Part shown: positions 48,127 through 56,232 of the stretch, piece after piece | Layout of the letters: each line of letters opens with the position of its first letter | Numbering within the stretch: the first letter of the stretch is position 1 | NCBI GenBank assembly: GCA_034408725.1 | Contig: JAWXCN010000051.1 | Span: forward strand, 1 to 56,232 | Direction of reading: 5' to 3' | DNA from: Candidatus Hydrogenedentota bacterium | Lineage (GTDB): Bacteria; Hydrogenedentota; Hydrogenedentia; Hydrogenedentales; SLHB01 | DNA: 56,232 bases | The notes under the pieces: generated by a model | The model's database searches: none | What the model was told of the DNA's origin: nothing | Seen by the model: the letters and a program-made list of their open reading frames with translations, nothing else | Translations under genes and position numbers: made by a program

Positions 48127-48579
48127 ATGGCTATCAAGTATGGACCCAGGGGTTTTTCCAGTGGAAGAATCCGCCCATTTCTGCACCTTGAATCAAAGGC
48201 GCGGCCGGAAAAACCGGCTGCGGTAACAGGGCCGGGCGCCATCCGAAGCCTGGGGATAATGGCCGTAATCCTTGTGCTCCTGGGTGGCGGAGGCGCACTT
48301 CGGGGCGGAACGGAACAGTTTGCCGGTATGCACGCCACTGGCCACATACTCGTCAAGGATGTAGTGCATAACGATGTCGAAACGACGCTTTACATGCTTG
48401 GGGTCCATGTGCTCACCCCGGATGGAATTACGCATGACGTGGTCGTGGAATGTGATCGCCTGCTATTCGATTCGCTTGAAGTTGGCGATGCCGTGAGCGC
48501 GCGTTACGAAAATACGGGAGACCCGAAATTGATCCGGGTTGAATCCATTGAAGCGCAGGGCCCGGCCATCGACTTATAA
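48127..48579 (+). CDS. Hypothetical membrane-anchored protein
   Basis: Hydrophobic segment then beta-rich domain (LEVGDAVSARY); true start may be 48259. Confidence 0.55.
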   Translation: MAIKYGPRGFSSGRIRPFLHLESKARPEKPAAVTGPGAIRSLGIMAVILVLLGGGGALRGGTEQFAGMHATGHILVKDVVHNDVETTLYMLGVHVLTPDGITHDVVVECDRLLFDSLEVGDAVSARYENTGDPKLIRVESIEAQGPAIDL

Positions 48580-48599
48580 CGACAAAACCCGCAGTTCGC

Positions 48600-50144
48600 C
48601 TATATCACGTAGCCGAGCGCCTCGAGTTCCTTGCGGGTCTCGTCATCAAGCTGGTTTTGCAGGTCTTCCTCGGCTTTGTTTTCGAGTTTCCAACCGTATT
48701 TTTCGATGTAGCCCGACTTTAGCTGGTCTTGCAGGGTTGCCCGCAGTTCAGGCGAGGTTTCGCTGAGGTCTTTGAGTTCCTTTGGGTCCGATGTTACATC
48801 GTAGAGTTCCTGGTTCTTCATGGGCAGCGTATGTTCGCGGTTTCGCGTTTGTGCTGAATCGGCTGCTTCGCGCTCGCGTTTTACCGGCGGCTGAAAACCG
48901 CTCGGGTTGTAAATGTACTTGTGCGTCGCCGTCCGGACATACAGCATTTTGTCGCCCCATTCGCCGAAGATTGGACCGCGATCAAGCGCCTGACCCTCGA
49001 AAACCGGCGTGAGTGCTTTGCCTTGCAGATTCTGTGGATGGGGAACGCCGGCAATATCCAGCACGGTCGGCACAATATCGACCACGGAAACAGGGGTAGC
49101 GCAGCGCGTTCCCGCGGGTACTTTTCCGGGGAGCCGCACGATAAGCGGCACCCGCAACGTCCCTTCATACAGCGACGCCTGATGATGAAAGTAATTGTGG
49201 TGATCGTACATTTCCTCACCGTGGTCCGCGCTGATGACAATCAGCGTGTCATTCAGCAATCCGAGGGAAGCGACTTTTTCGATCACGCGACTGATTTCAT
49301 GGTCAGCAGTCAATACTTCGCCGTCATACAGGCCGTTGATGTAAGCGAGGTCGGCGTCCTCGAGTTTTTCTTTTCGGACAAACACGCGGGTCAGCGTATC
49401 ATACGCGCCATCAATGTCGCCGGAATACTTCGGGTCGGTGAACGCATCAAACTCATTCATGGGAGTATACGGACCATGCGGCGCGAAGTAGTGCAACCAC
49501 AGGAAAAACTTTTCGCCCGCATGCTGATCAATCCAGGGTAGCGCTGCATCGGTAACGCCACGGTCGCGAGGTTCTTCCTTAATTATCTGGCGCGTCTCGA
49601 AGCCTTCCCATTTCTGGTTGCCGCCGTTCGCGATGAACACGGCGCTGGTGTATCCCGCGGGCGCCAACATTTCCGCGAGGGTATCGTGCTCCGAGGCGAG
49701 CGCCATCCCGTTATATCGCACGCCATGCGTCACGGGATAGACACCTGTAAGAATGGTCGCGAGCGACGGCCACGTAGAACCTTTGGGAGCCAGGGCATAC
49801 TCGAACACCGCGCCGCTCGCTGCGAGCGCGTCGATGTTTGGCGAAGTTGCATTGGTATGGCCGTACGTGCCCAGGCGGTCCGCGCGTAGCGCGTCCACCG
49901 TTATAAGAAGGATATTGGTGTGGCCGAGTTCCTTTTGGGGAAATGCGTCCAGCGCAACGGGCTTTCGGGGCGCGGCGGCCGGCGCTTCTGGCACGGATTC
50001 AATTTTCACCTGCGCCGCCAACGGACGCTGTACCGGCCGCGCGGCTTGTGGTGGTTCGGGGTTTCCGCATCCAACAAGGACCGCGACGGCAAGGCACACA
50101 CTGCTGAATTCGATACCGCGCAACGTAAATGACTCCCTCTTCAA
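48600..50144 (-). CDS. Sulfatase-like alkaline phosphatase superfamily lipoprotein
   Basis: LVGC lipobox, ITVDALRAD, TWPSL at the active-site position, HYFAPH, ADHGE, ELYD. Confidence 0.88.
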   Translation of the reverse strand: MKRESFTLRGIEFSSVCLAVAVLVGCGNPEPPQAARPVQRPLAAQVKIESVPEAPAAAPRKPVALDAFPQKELGHTNILLITVDALRADRLGTYGHTNATSPNIDALAASGAVFEYALAPKGSTWPSLATILTGVYPVTHGVRYNGMALASEHDTLAEMLAPAGYTSAVFIANGGNQKWEGFETRQIIKEEPRDRGVTDAALPWIDQHAGEKFFLWLHYFAPHGPYTPMNEFDAFTDPKYSGDIDGAYDTLTRVFVRKEKLEDADLAYINGLYDGEVLTADHEISRVIEKVASLGLLNDTLIVISADHGEEMYDHHNYFHHQASLYEGTLRVPLIVRLPGKVPAGTRCATPVSVVDIVPTVLDIAGVPHPQNLQGKALTPVFEGQALDRGPIFGEWGDKMLYVRTATHKYIYNPSGFQPPVKREREAADSAQTRNREHTLPMKNQELYDVTSDPKELKDLSETSPELRATLQDQLKSGYIEKYGWKLENKAEEDLQNQLDDETRKELEALGYVI

Positions 50145-50147
50145 ACG

Positions 50148-51890
50148 CTACATGACGTAGCCCATAGCTTCGAGCTCCTGGCGCAGTTCGGGGGCTACTT
50201 CCTTTTGAACTCGCTCATCCACTTCGTGACCGAAGCGCCAATTGTATTTCTCTTGAAAAGCCGTGATGTGCTTTTTCATTTCCGTGACGACATCCGGTTT
50301 CTCGCTGGCCAACTCTTTCTGCTCCAGCCGGTCGGTCGCGACATGATAGAGTTCTTGCTCCTTCAACTGCATCACCAACAACTCGGGGTCCACTTGCGAC
50401 GTATCCACGTCGCCATCGTTTTCCGCTTCGGCCAATTCATTTCCAGCCCTGTCGATGCCGACCTGTCTACGGCGTTCCACATTGAGTTTTCTGGGCTTGT
50501 GGCCGAATGGATTGGCAACGAACTTATATTCGGCGGTGCGGACAGTGAGGATTTCGTCTTTCATTTCAGCATAAGCAGGACCATAGTCCACTTTTTCGCC
50601 CCGCGCGAGCGGCATCAGACTTTTGCCGACGAAGGATTCTGGCACGGGAACGCCGGCAACTTCGCAAATGGTCGGCGCAATCGTTAGATGCTGCACGATT
50701 GTGGCGTCGCGTTTCCCCGCGGGAATGACGTTCGGAAGCCGCGCGATGAGCGGGACCCGGAGGACACCATCATAGATCGACGCGCCATGGCCGTAATAAT
50801 CGTGATGATCATTCAGTTCTTCGCCGTGGTCGGCGCTTATCATGACAAGGGTGGTGTCATAGACGCCCTGTTCTTTCAATACGTCGAGCACCTTCTTAAT
50901 CTCGTTATCAACATACAAGAGCTCGCCGTCGTAGAGGTCCAGCACCTGCTGCACGTCCGCGGGAGTTACGTCGAAGCGTCTGAGCGAAGCGTTGCCGACG
51001 CTTTCCTTGCTGCCGTCGATGGGTCCCTTGTAGCCGGGACTATTGAACTTCTGGAACTCGGCGGGCGGCATGTAATCGGCATGCGGCGCGAGATAGTGCA
51101 GCCACATGAAGAACTTGCGGCCCTTATGTTCGTTCAGCCATTTCACCGCGCCGTGAGTGGCCCGCTCGTCGACGGGTGTCTGGTCAATCGGATAGCGGAA
51201 CTGGAACCCCTCCCAATTCTGACTGGTGGCGTTCGCGAACACCGCAACGGACGTATAATCGTGTTTGCCAAGATGCTCGGCCAGCGTGAGCAGTTCGTCT
51301 GACATCCGAAGCCCATTATGCCGGACGCCATGCTGGATAGGATACTGCGAGGTCATGATTGTGGCCAAAGACGGCCACGTGGAATTGCGCTGCGCGAAGG
51401 CGTTGTCGAAAATCATCCCCTCTTTGGCGACCGAGTCAATGGTGGGCGTGGTTTCGCGTGACGCCCCGTAGCACGACATCCGATCGGCCCGCATTGTATC
51501 GATTGTAATCAACAGGACGTTTGTGTACGGTCCCGTGGGCATCGGCGGCAGGCTGCTCATCGCCTGTTCGGATTCGGTCGCTGCCTGCGCGGCCTGTTCT
51601 TCCCGTTGCTTTTTCTTCTCCGCCTTTTTCTTCTTTCGCTCAGTCGATTTTTGATCACGCTGTTTTTTGCGGTCTGCGTTCGCAGGATCAACCTTGACTT
51701 GGTCTGACGGGACGGCGGAGGCCTGAGAGCGTTTCTTCATGCCGTCGGGGGCGGGACCGGTTATGGCGACAGGTTCGATGCGTTTGGCTTTGACCGGATC
51801 GATTCCCTCCGCGGGTGCATCCTTACTACCGCATCCGTGTAGTGCAAGCGCGGCCAATACCGCGCATGGGAGATAAAATCCCAGCCGCAC
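50148..51890 (-). CDS. Sulfatase-like alkaline phosphatase superfamily lipoprotein
   Basis: LHGC lipobox, Lys-rich linker, ITIDTMRAD, TWPSL, HYLAPH, ADHGE. Confidence 0.88.
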   Translation of the reverse strand: MRLGFYLPCAVLAALALHGCGSKDAPAEGIDPVKAKRIEPVAITGPAPDGMKKRSQASAVPSDQVKVDPANADRKKQRDQKSTERKKKKAEKKKQREEQAAQAATESEQAMSSLPPMPTGPYTNVLLITIDTMRADRMSCYGASRETTPTIDSVAKEGMIFDNAFAQRNSTWPSLATIMTSQYPIQHGVRHNGLRMSDELLTLAEHLGKHDYTSVAVFANATSQNWEGFQFRYPIDQTPVDERATHGAVKWLNEHKGRKFFMWLHYLAPHADYMPPAEFQKFNSPGYKGPIDGSKESVGNASLRRFDVTPADVQQVLDLYDGELLYVDNEIKKVLDVLKEQGVYDTTLVMISADHGEELNDHHDYYGHGASIYDGVLRVPLIARLPNVIPAGKRDATIVQHLTIAPTICEVAGVPVPESFVGKSLMPLARGEKVDYGPAYAEMKDEILTVRTAEYKFVANPFGHKPRKLNVERRRQVGIDRAGNELAEAENDGDVDTSQVDPELLVMQLKEQELYHVATDRLEQKELASEKPDVVTEMKKHITAFQEKYNWRFGHEVDERVQKEVAPELRQELEAMGYVM

Positions 51891-52094
51891 GTTCTACCCT
51901 CCTTTTCTCTGCGAGCATTGTCGCAATCGGATTCATGATGGAGACACCAAGGGCGTGTTCTCGCCCCGCGGTGCAATGGGCAATATTATCACCATCCAAG
52001 CGGGCGCGCGCAATTTTCGCAATCAAAAGAAGACAGGCCGCACCGGAATTCTCTACAATGCGGACTCACATCAATTTAACCTGGGAAGTGAAAT

Positions 52095-53900
52095 ATGAAT
52101 TTTGCCTTGCGACGCTTCACTGTGATGGCCGCTCTTATAACTGCATCCATTCCTGCGATCGCCCAAGCACCACTGCGCTGGTCCGTTTATGCCACCAACA
52201 GCTCTGTCGAAAAGCTTGGCGCCGACGCCGAGACGCTGAAAAAGGCCCCTGATTTGTTACGCGGATTCGGAATCACCAAAGTCTACCTCGAATTTTTCCG
52301 CGGCACGCCAGTGGCGAATGACAAAATCAAAATCGTCATCGACGCCCTGACCACGGCCGGCTTTGAGGTCGCGGGAGGCATTGCCACGCTGCCAGGTGAA
52401 GGGTATGGCGTTCGGGAGGATGCGCCTCTCGGCTGGTTCAACTGGCAGAACCCCAAGACTCGCGAGGATGTTGCGAAAGTGGTCGCAACCGCGGCGCCCC
52501 TGTTCCGCGAGATTATCGTGGACGACTTTTTTTGCACGAACGATAAAAGCCCCGAATCCGTCGTGGCGAAAGGCGAATTGCCCTGGTCAGACTACCGGCG
52601 CGCGCTCATGATGGACGTCGCGCAAAACTCGATACTCATTCCCGCGAAGACAGCCAATCCCGCGATAATGCTCACGATCAAGTTTCCCCAGTGGTACGAC
52701 AAGTTCCATGAATTCGGATACGATGTTGTCGCTGAATCCGCGTTGTTTGATCGGGTCGGGGTGGGAACCGAAAGCCGTGGCGCGAACACGCAGCGATTCG
52801 GATTCACGCAAGCATATCACGGTTTCATCAACTACCGCTGGCTCAGTTCGATTGGACTTCTAAAAACGTCCGCGGCGTGGTTTGATTACGGTGATTGCGA
52901 CGCAAACGATTTCGTGGATCAGGCCTATCAAAGTGTGTTGGCGGGCGCGCCGGAAATTATCCTGTTTTCGTATGCGCAGATGGAGGAAGAACATCCTGGA
53001 AATGAAGCCCTGAAAAAGGAACAGCAGCGCCTCGCAGCCTTGTCCGCCGCAGTGCAGCTTTCGCCGGTCTCGGGTGTCGCCGGATACAAGCCCCCCAACA
53101 GCGACGCGGCCACTGATCCCTTCATCATGGATTACATCGGCATGCTGGGGATTCCGGTGGTCCCGAGTTCGCAATTGCCCGCGGGTTCGCGCGTTATTTT
53201 TCTGCCCGCCCAGGCTGCTTCTGACCCTGGTATTGGGCTGTTCGTGCGCAAGGCAATCGCCCAACGCGCAACCATTGTGATGACGCCTGGATTTCTCGCG
53301 ACCGTGCCCGCGCGGGATGACATGGTTCGGCTCGCCGGTCTCCAGGGCAAGATTACATTAACGCCGATGCAGGCGACGTCCATGCGGACCAAAGGCGAAG
53401 AACATGCTATTCCGCACGGCTTGAGCCTTGCCGGCAATCTGTTTCTTGGCGAAGCAAAGCCGTTACTCATGGCAAATGTTGGAGACAAGCGGGTCCCGTT
53501 TTTCACGCAGCATACGGTTGACGGGGCGTCTATATATGTCCTCAATACGCGGACATTTTCTCAAGCCGATTATGACGCCGCCGGCGAAGTCTTATTGCCA
53601 CCGCGCCGGCTTGGACTCATCGCGCTTCCCCAAGCGGCCGTTGAAGTGATCCGGGACGCCTTCACGCGACCGTTGGGCTACACGATGGATGCACCCGCCC
53701 GGGTGACGCTTCAACCGCTCGGCGCGGCGGGCTACATGATTCAGAATTACAATGACCGCAGCGTAACGGTCCGCTTGTCGGCGCCCTACGGCGGGGAGGG
53801 AAGGTTAACCGATCAATTCTCCGGGAAGTCCTATGCTTCCGCGGACGATGTCGAAATCATGATAGGCGCGCGCGGCCGCGCCTGGTTACAGGCCAAATGA
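52095..53900 (+). CDS. Secreted hypothetical protein, probable glycoside-hydrolase-like TIM barrel
   Basis: Signal peptide, KVYLE, IIVDDFF, IKFPQWY, VGTESR. Confidence 0.65.
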   Translation: MNFALRRFTVMAALITASIPAIAQAPLRWSVYATNSSVEKLGADAETLKKAPDLLRGFGITKVYLEFFRGTPVANDKIKIVIDALTTAGFEVAGGIATLPGEGYGVREDAPLGWFNWQNPKTREDVAKVVATAAPLFREIIVDDFFCTNDKSPESVVAKGELPWSDYRRALMMDVAQNSILIPAKTANPAIMLTIKFPQWYDKFHEFGYDVVAESALFDRVGVGTESRGANTQRFGFTQAYHGFINYRWLSSIGLLKTSAAWFDYGDCDANDFVDQAYQSVLAGAPEIILFSYAQMEEEHPGNEALKKEQQRLAALSAAVQLSPVSGVAGYKPPNSDAATDPFIMDYIGMLGIPVVPSSQLPAGSRVIFLPAQAASDPGIGLFVRKAIAQRATIVMTPGFLATVPARDDMVRLAGLQGKITLTPMQATSMRTKGEEHAIPHGLSLAGNLFLGEAKPLLMANVGDKRVPFFTQHTVDGASIYVLNTRTFSQADYDAAGEVLLPPRRLGLIALPQAAVEVIRDAFTRPLGYTMDAPARVTLQPLGAAGYMIQNYNDRSVTVRLSAPYGGEGRLTDQFSGKSYASADDVEIMIGARGRAWLQAK

Positions 53901-53913
53901 GATCAGAGCGCGG

Positions 53914-54063
53914 TATGAAACTGCTGTAGCAGAGTCCGCTTCGGGCAGCGCTACCGCTTTGGCTTAGAACGCACTACAAACGAAAAGTAAATGGTGGGTT
54001 TTCCAAATGGGCTTTCGGCTCCGCCGGGAGTGAAAGCGGTAGCGACTGCTACCGCAGTCCATA
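53914..54063. repeat. REP-like inverted pair between convergent genes
   Basis: cgctaccgcttt (53949-53960) / aaagcggtagcg (54033-54044); outer tatgaaactgc / gcagtccata. Confidence 0.75.
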
Positions 54064-54085
54064 AGACGCTTGTCGTTGAAAGCGC

Positions 54086-56050
54086 CTAGTTCCCGCCGCG
54101 TAGTCCGCGAAATAATCCTCTGCGGCGCGGCTTTTCTTCCTGCTTGGGTGGTGACACCGGTTCGGTGGGTGCGCTGAACGTGTGTTCCAACGTAGGCTGA
54201 CCACCAGGGGCGGGCGGCGGTGCGGCTGCCGAACTCACTCCACCTTCGTTGCTCTTCGCAGATGCTGCCCGGCGGGACTTTTCCGCGGCGTACCGGGCCA
54301 TGAAGTCTGCTTTGGAACCCAAGTCCGGCTTTGCGTAGAGCACCAGGGTTTGACCCACGCTCAGCGAGCTGGGGTTAATGATTTCGTTCCACCACTGAAG
54401 ATCGCTCAACTCGACGCCATTATTTCCGGCAATCTTGCTCAGCGTATCCCCGCCGACAACAACGTACTCCCGCGCGCCATCGCTTGTTGCTTCGGCGCCC
54501 GAAGTTACCTGCGCAGATTCAACGACTGGCGCCGCGGCCGGGGGTGTGTTCAGCGCGAGTTGTTGCTGATATGCGGCGTATGCAGCAGCCGCCGCGGCGG
54601 TTTGCTCGATTCCCTGCTGGCCAACCGCGGTTGTGGGAGGAACCCCTGGCACAAGGCTCGCCTGAAGCATATTCGGATCGACGGTTCCGGTGTCACCGGC
54701 GACACCCAACGCGGACAGAACCGGTTGTTCCGCTATGTTCACATTGCCAGAAACTGGCGGGACATTGGCCGGCGCCACACCCGTGACGGGCACGGCTGGC
54801 AGTGGTTCCGGTTTTGGAAGTGGCTGCTCGACAAGACCCGTGCCCACTACCTGTTTCGTGCCTGACGCGACGGCGACCTGTGATCCACTTGGCGTATCCG
54901 GACCGCCGAACATGAACCACGCCGATGTTACAAGCGCGGTAAGCACCACGGCAACGCCGATCCCCAGCACGCGAACGCTGCGCCGGTAGCGCGCAACCCG
55001 TTGCATCGTGTTTCCGCCGATGAATGTTTGTGACGCCAATGATCGCAATCCCGGCTTCACGGTCGAGGGCGGTTCGACGGATGCCGCGGACCCCATCTGC
55101 ATCGTCGCGTTAAGACGGCTCATGGTGTCGCCTACACCCGTAAGGCCGATGAGTTCTTCACGAAATGCCTTGGCGGTCTGAAGCCGTTCCGATGACTTTT
55201 TCGTCAACGCCTTTTTGAGTAGATTTTCAATCGTGGCCGGAAGCACGCCATCAAGCCGGATGGTTATCGGCGGCAATGGAAGATTCAGGTGCCCATTCAA
55301 CACTTCCGTCAAAGTTCCGCGATACGGCGGCCTGCCCGAAAGCAATTGGTAGAGCATTACCCCCATTGCATAAACATCGGTCGCGGACGAAATCTCGCCG
55401 AAGGTTTTACTGTCGATCTGTTCCGGCGCCATGTACAGCGGCGTCCCGGGACCGCTTGAATCGGTGGTCGTCAGACGCGACAGTTGTTCATCGTGCTCTG
55501 CGAAACGGGACACGCCGAAGTCCATCAGCTTGGCGCACACCTGCCCATGCTCGGAATACGTCAGCATGATATTCGACGGTTTGATATCGCGATGGACGAT
55601 GCCTTGCGCGTGAATGCGCGAGAGCGCATCAAGGACCTGCGTCGCGATGATGATCGATTCAGATGGCGGCATGACAATGCCCTGGTCGGAATTGCGCTCC
55701 AACCGCGCCTGGAGCGTTTCGCCGTCGATATATTCCATGACGAGATGAATCTCGTCTTCCAACTCGAGTTTGTCGAACAGCGTCACGATATTCGCATGCG
55801 GACCGACTTTCGCATGAAGCAGGCATTCGCGTTCAACGCGTTTGCGGATTTCCGAGTTCCGCGCGAATTCTTCTTTCACGGTTTTGATTGCGACACGGCG
55901 ATGCAGCGCGGTGTCTTCTGCAAGGCGCACACTTCCCATCGCGCCCGCGCCCAGTAGACGCATGAGGCGATAGCGCCCGCCAGCCAGCGAACGTGTCAAA
56001 GATTCGATCGTTTTTTGCTCTTCCGAAACGGAGCCCTCAGGCGAACTCAT
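54086..56050 (-). CDS. Transmembrane Ser/Thr protein kinase with extracytoplasmic LysM domain
   Basis: GAGAMG, VAIK, HRDIKPSN, DFG, YMAPE; TM helix; YVVVGGDTLSKIA...LSVGQTL LysM. Confidence 0.93.
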   Translation of the reverse strand: MSSPEGSVSEEQKTIESLTRSLAGGRYRLMRLLGAGAMGSVRLAEDTALHRRVAIKTVKEEFARNSEIRKRVERECLLHAKVGPHANIVTLFDKLELEDEIHLVMEYIDGETLQARLERNSDQGIVMPPSESIIIATQVLDALSRIHAQGIVHRDIKPSNIMLTYSEHGQVCAKLMDFGVSRFAEHDEQLSRLTTTDSSGPGTPLYMAPEQIDSKTFGEISSATDVYAMGVMLYQLLSGRPPYRGTLTEVLNGHLNLPLPPITIRLDGVLPATIENLLKKALTKKSSERLQTAKAFREELIGLTGVGDTMSRLNATMQMGSAASVEPPSTVKPGLRSLASQTFIGGNTMQRVARYRRSVRVLGIGVAVVLTALVTSAWFMFGGPDTPSGSQVAVASGTKQVVGTGLVEQPLPKPEPLPAVPVTGVAPANVPPVSGNVNIAEQPVLSALGVAGDTGTVDPNMLQASLVPGVPPTTAVGQQGIEQTAAAAAAYAAYQQQLALNTPPAAAPVVESAQVTSGAEATSDGAREYVVVGGDTLSKIAGNNGVELSDLQWWNEIINPSSLSVGQTLVLYAKPDLGSKADFMARYAAEKSRRAASAKSNEGGVSSAAAPPPAPGGQPTLEHTFSAPTEPVSPPKQEEKPRRRGLFRGLRGGN

Positions 56051-56232
56051 GGAAACCTCTCCACCCGTTTCAAACCCGACATCTCGATTCTAGCACTTTT
56101 CTTGAAATTATGCACACGAATTGTCTCTCGCGCCAGCTTGTCAAAAAGCGGGCGCGGACAAGGCCTTACCGCCGTTGATTCTGTCCCCATAATACTTCAA
56201 AATCCGTGAAACGTTCCGCTTAATCGCTATGG

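Overview
GC-rich bacterial chromosome segment. The gene content (Tol-Pal, Tat-exported oxidoreductases, sulfatases, repeat-rich intergenic DNA) suggests a diderm of PVC/Hydrogenedentes type, but that is inference only. Most of the window is housekeeping, metabolic and envelope genes: Gfo/Idh/MocA oxidoreductase, esterase, transaldolase, AsnB, aldo-keto reductase, smpB-tolB-tolA, a GT-C/GT2 pair, a heterodimeric ABC exporter with a hybrid kinase and response regulator, pgi, a JAB-DinG helicase, heparinase II/III, a glucuronokinase-like GHMP kinase, an ECF sigma, two atypical sulfatases and a LysM Ser/Thr kinase. An accessory region at about 34.0-44.3 kb holds: a tandem gene duplication that includes its promoter, with an orphan YgiT zinc finger between the copies; an HGG-motif protein; an AT-richer unknown zinc-ribbon gene; a Lamassu/ABC-three-component defence operon bracketed by a 28-bp inverted repeat pair about 4.1 kb apart; and gene remnants (PIN-like, S9 peptidase). 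Several families of REP-like palindromes occur between genes. No rRNA, tRNA, CRISPR array, integrase or transposase was recognised. All calls come from reading motifs by eye; no database search was run.
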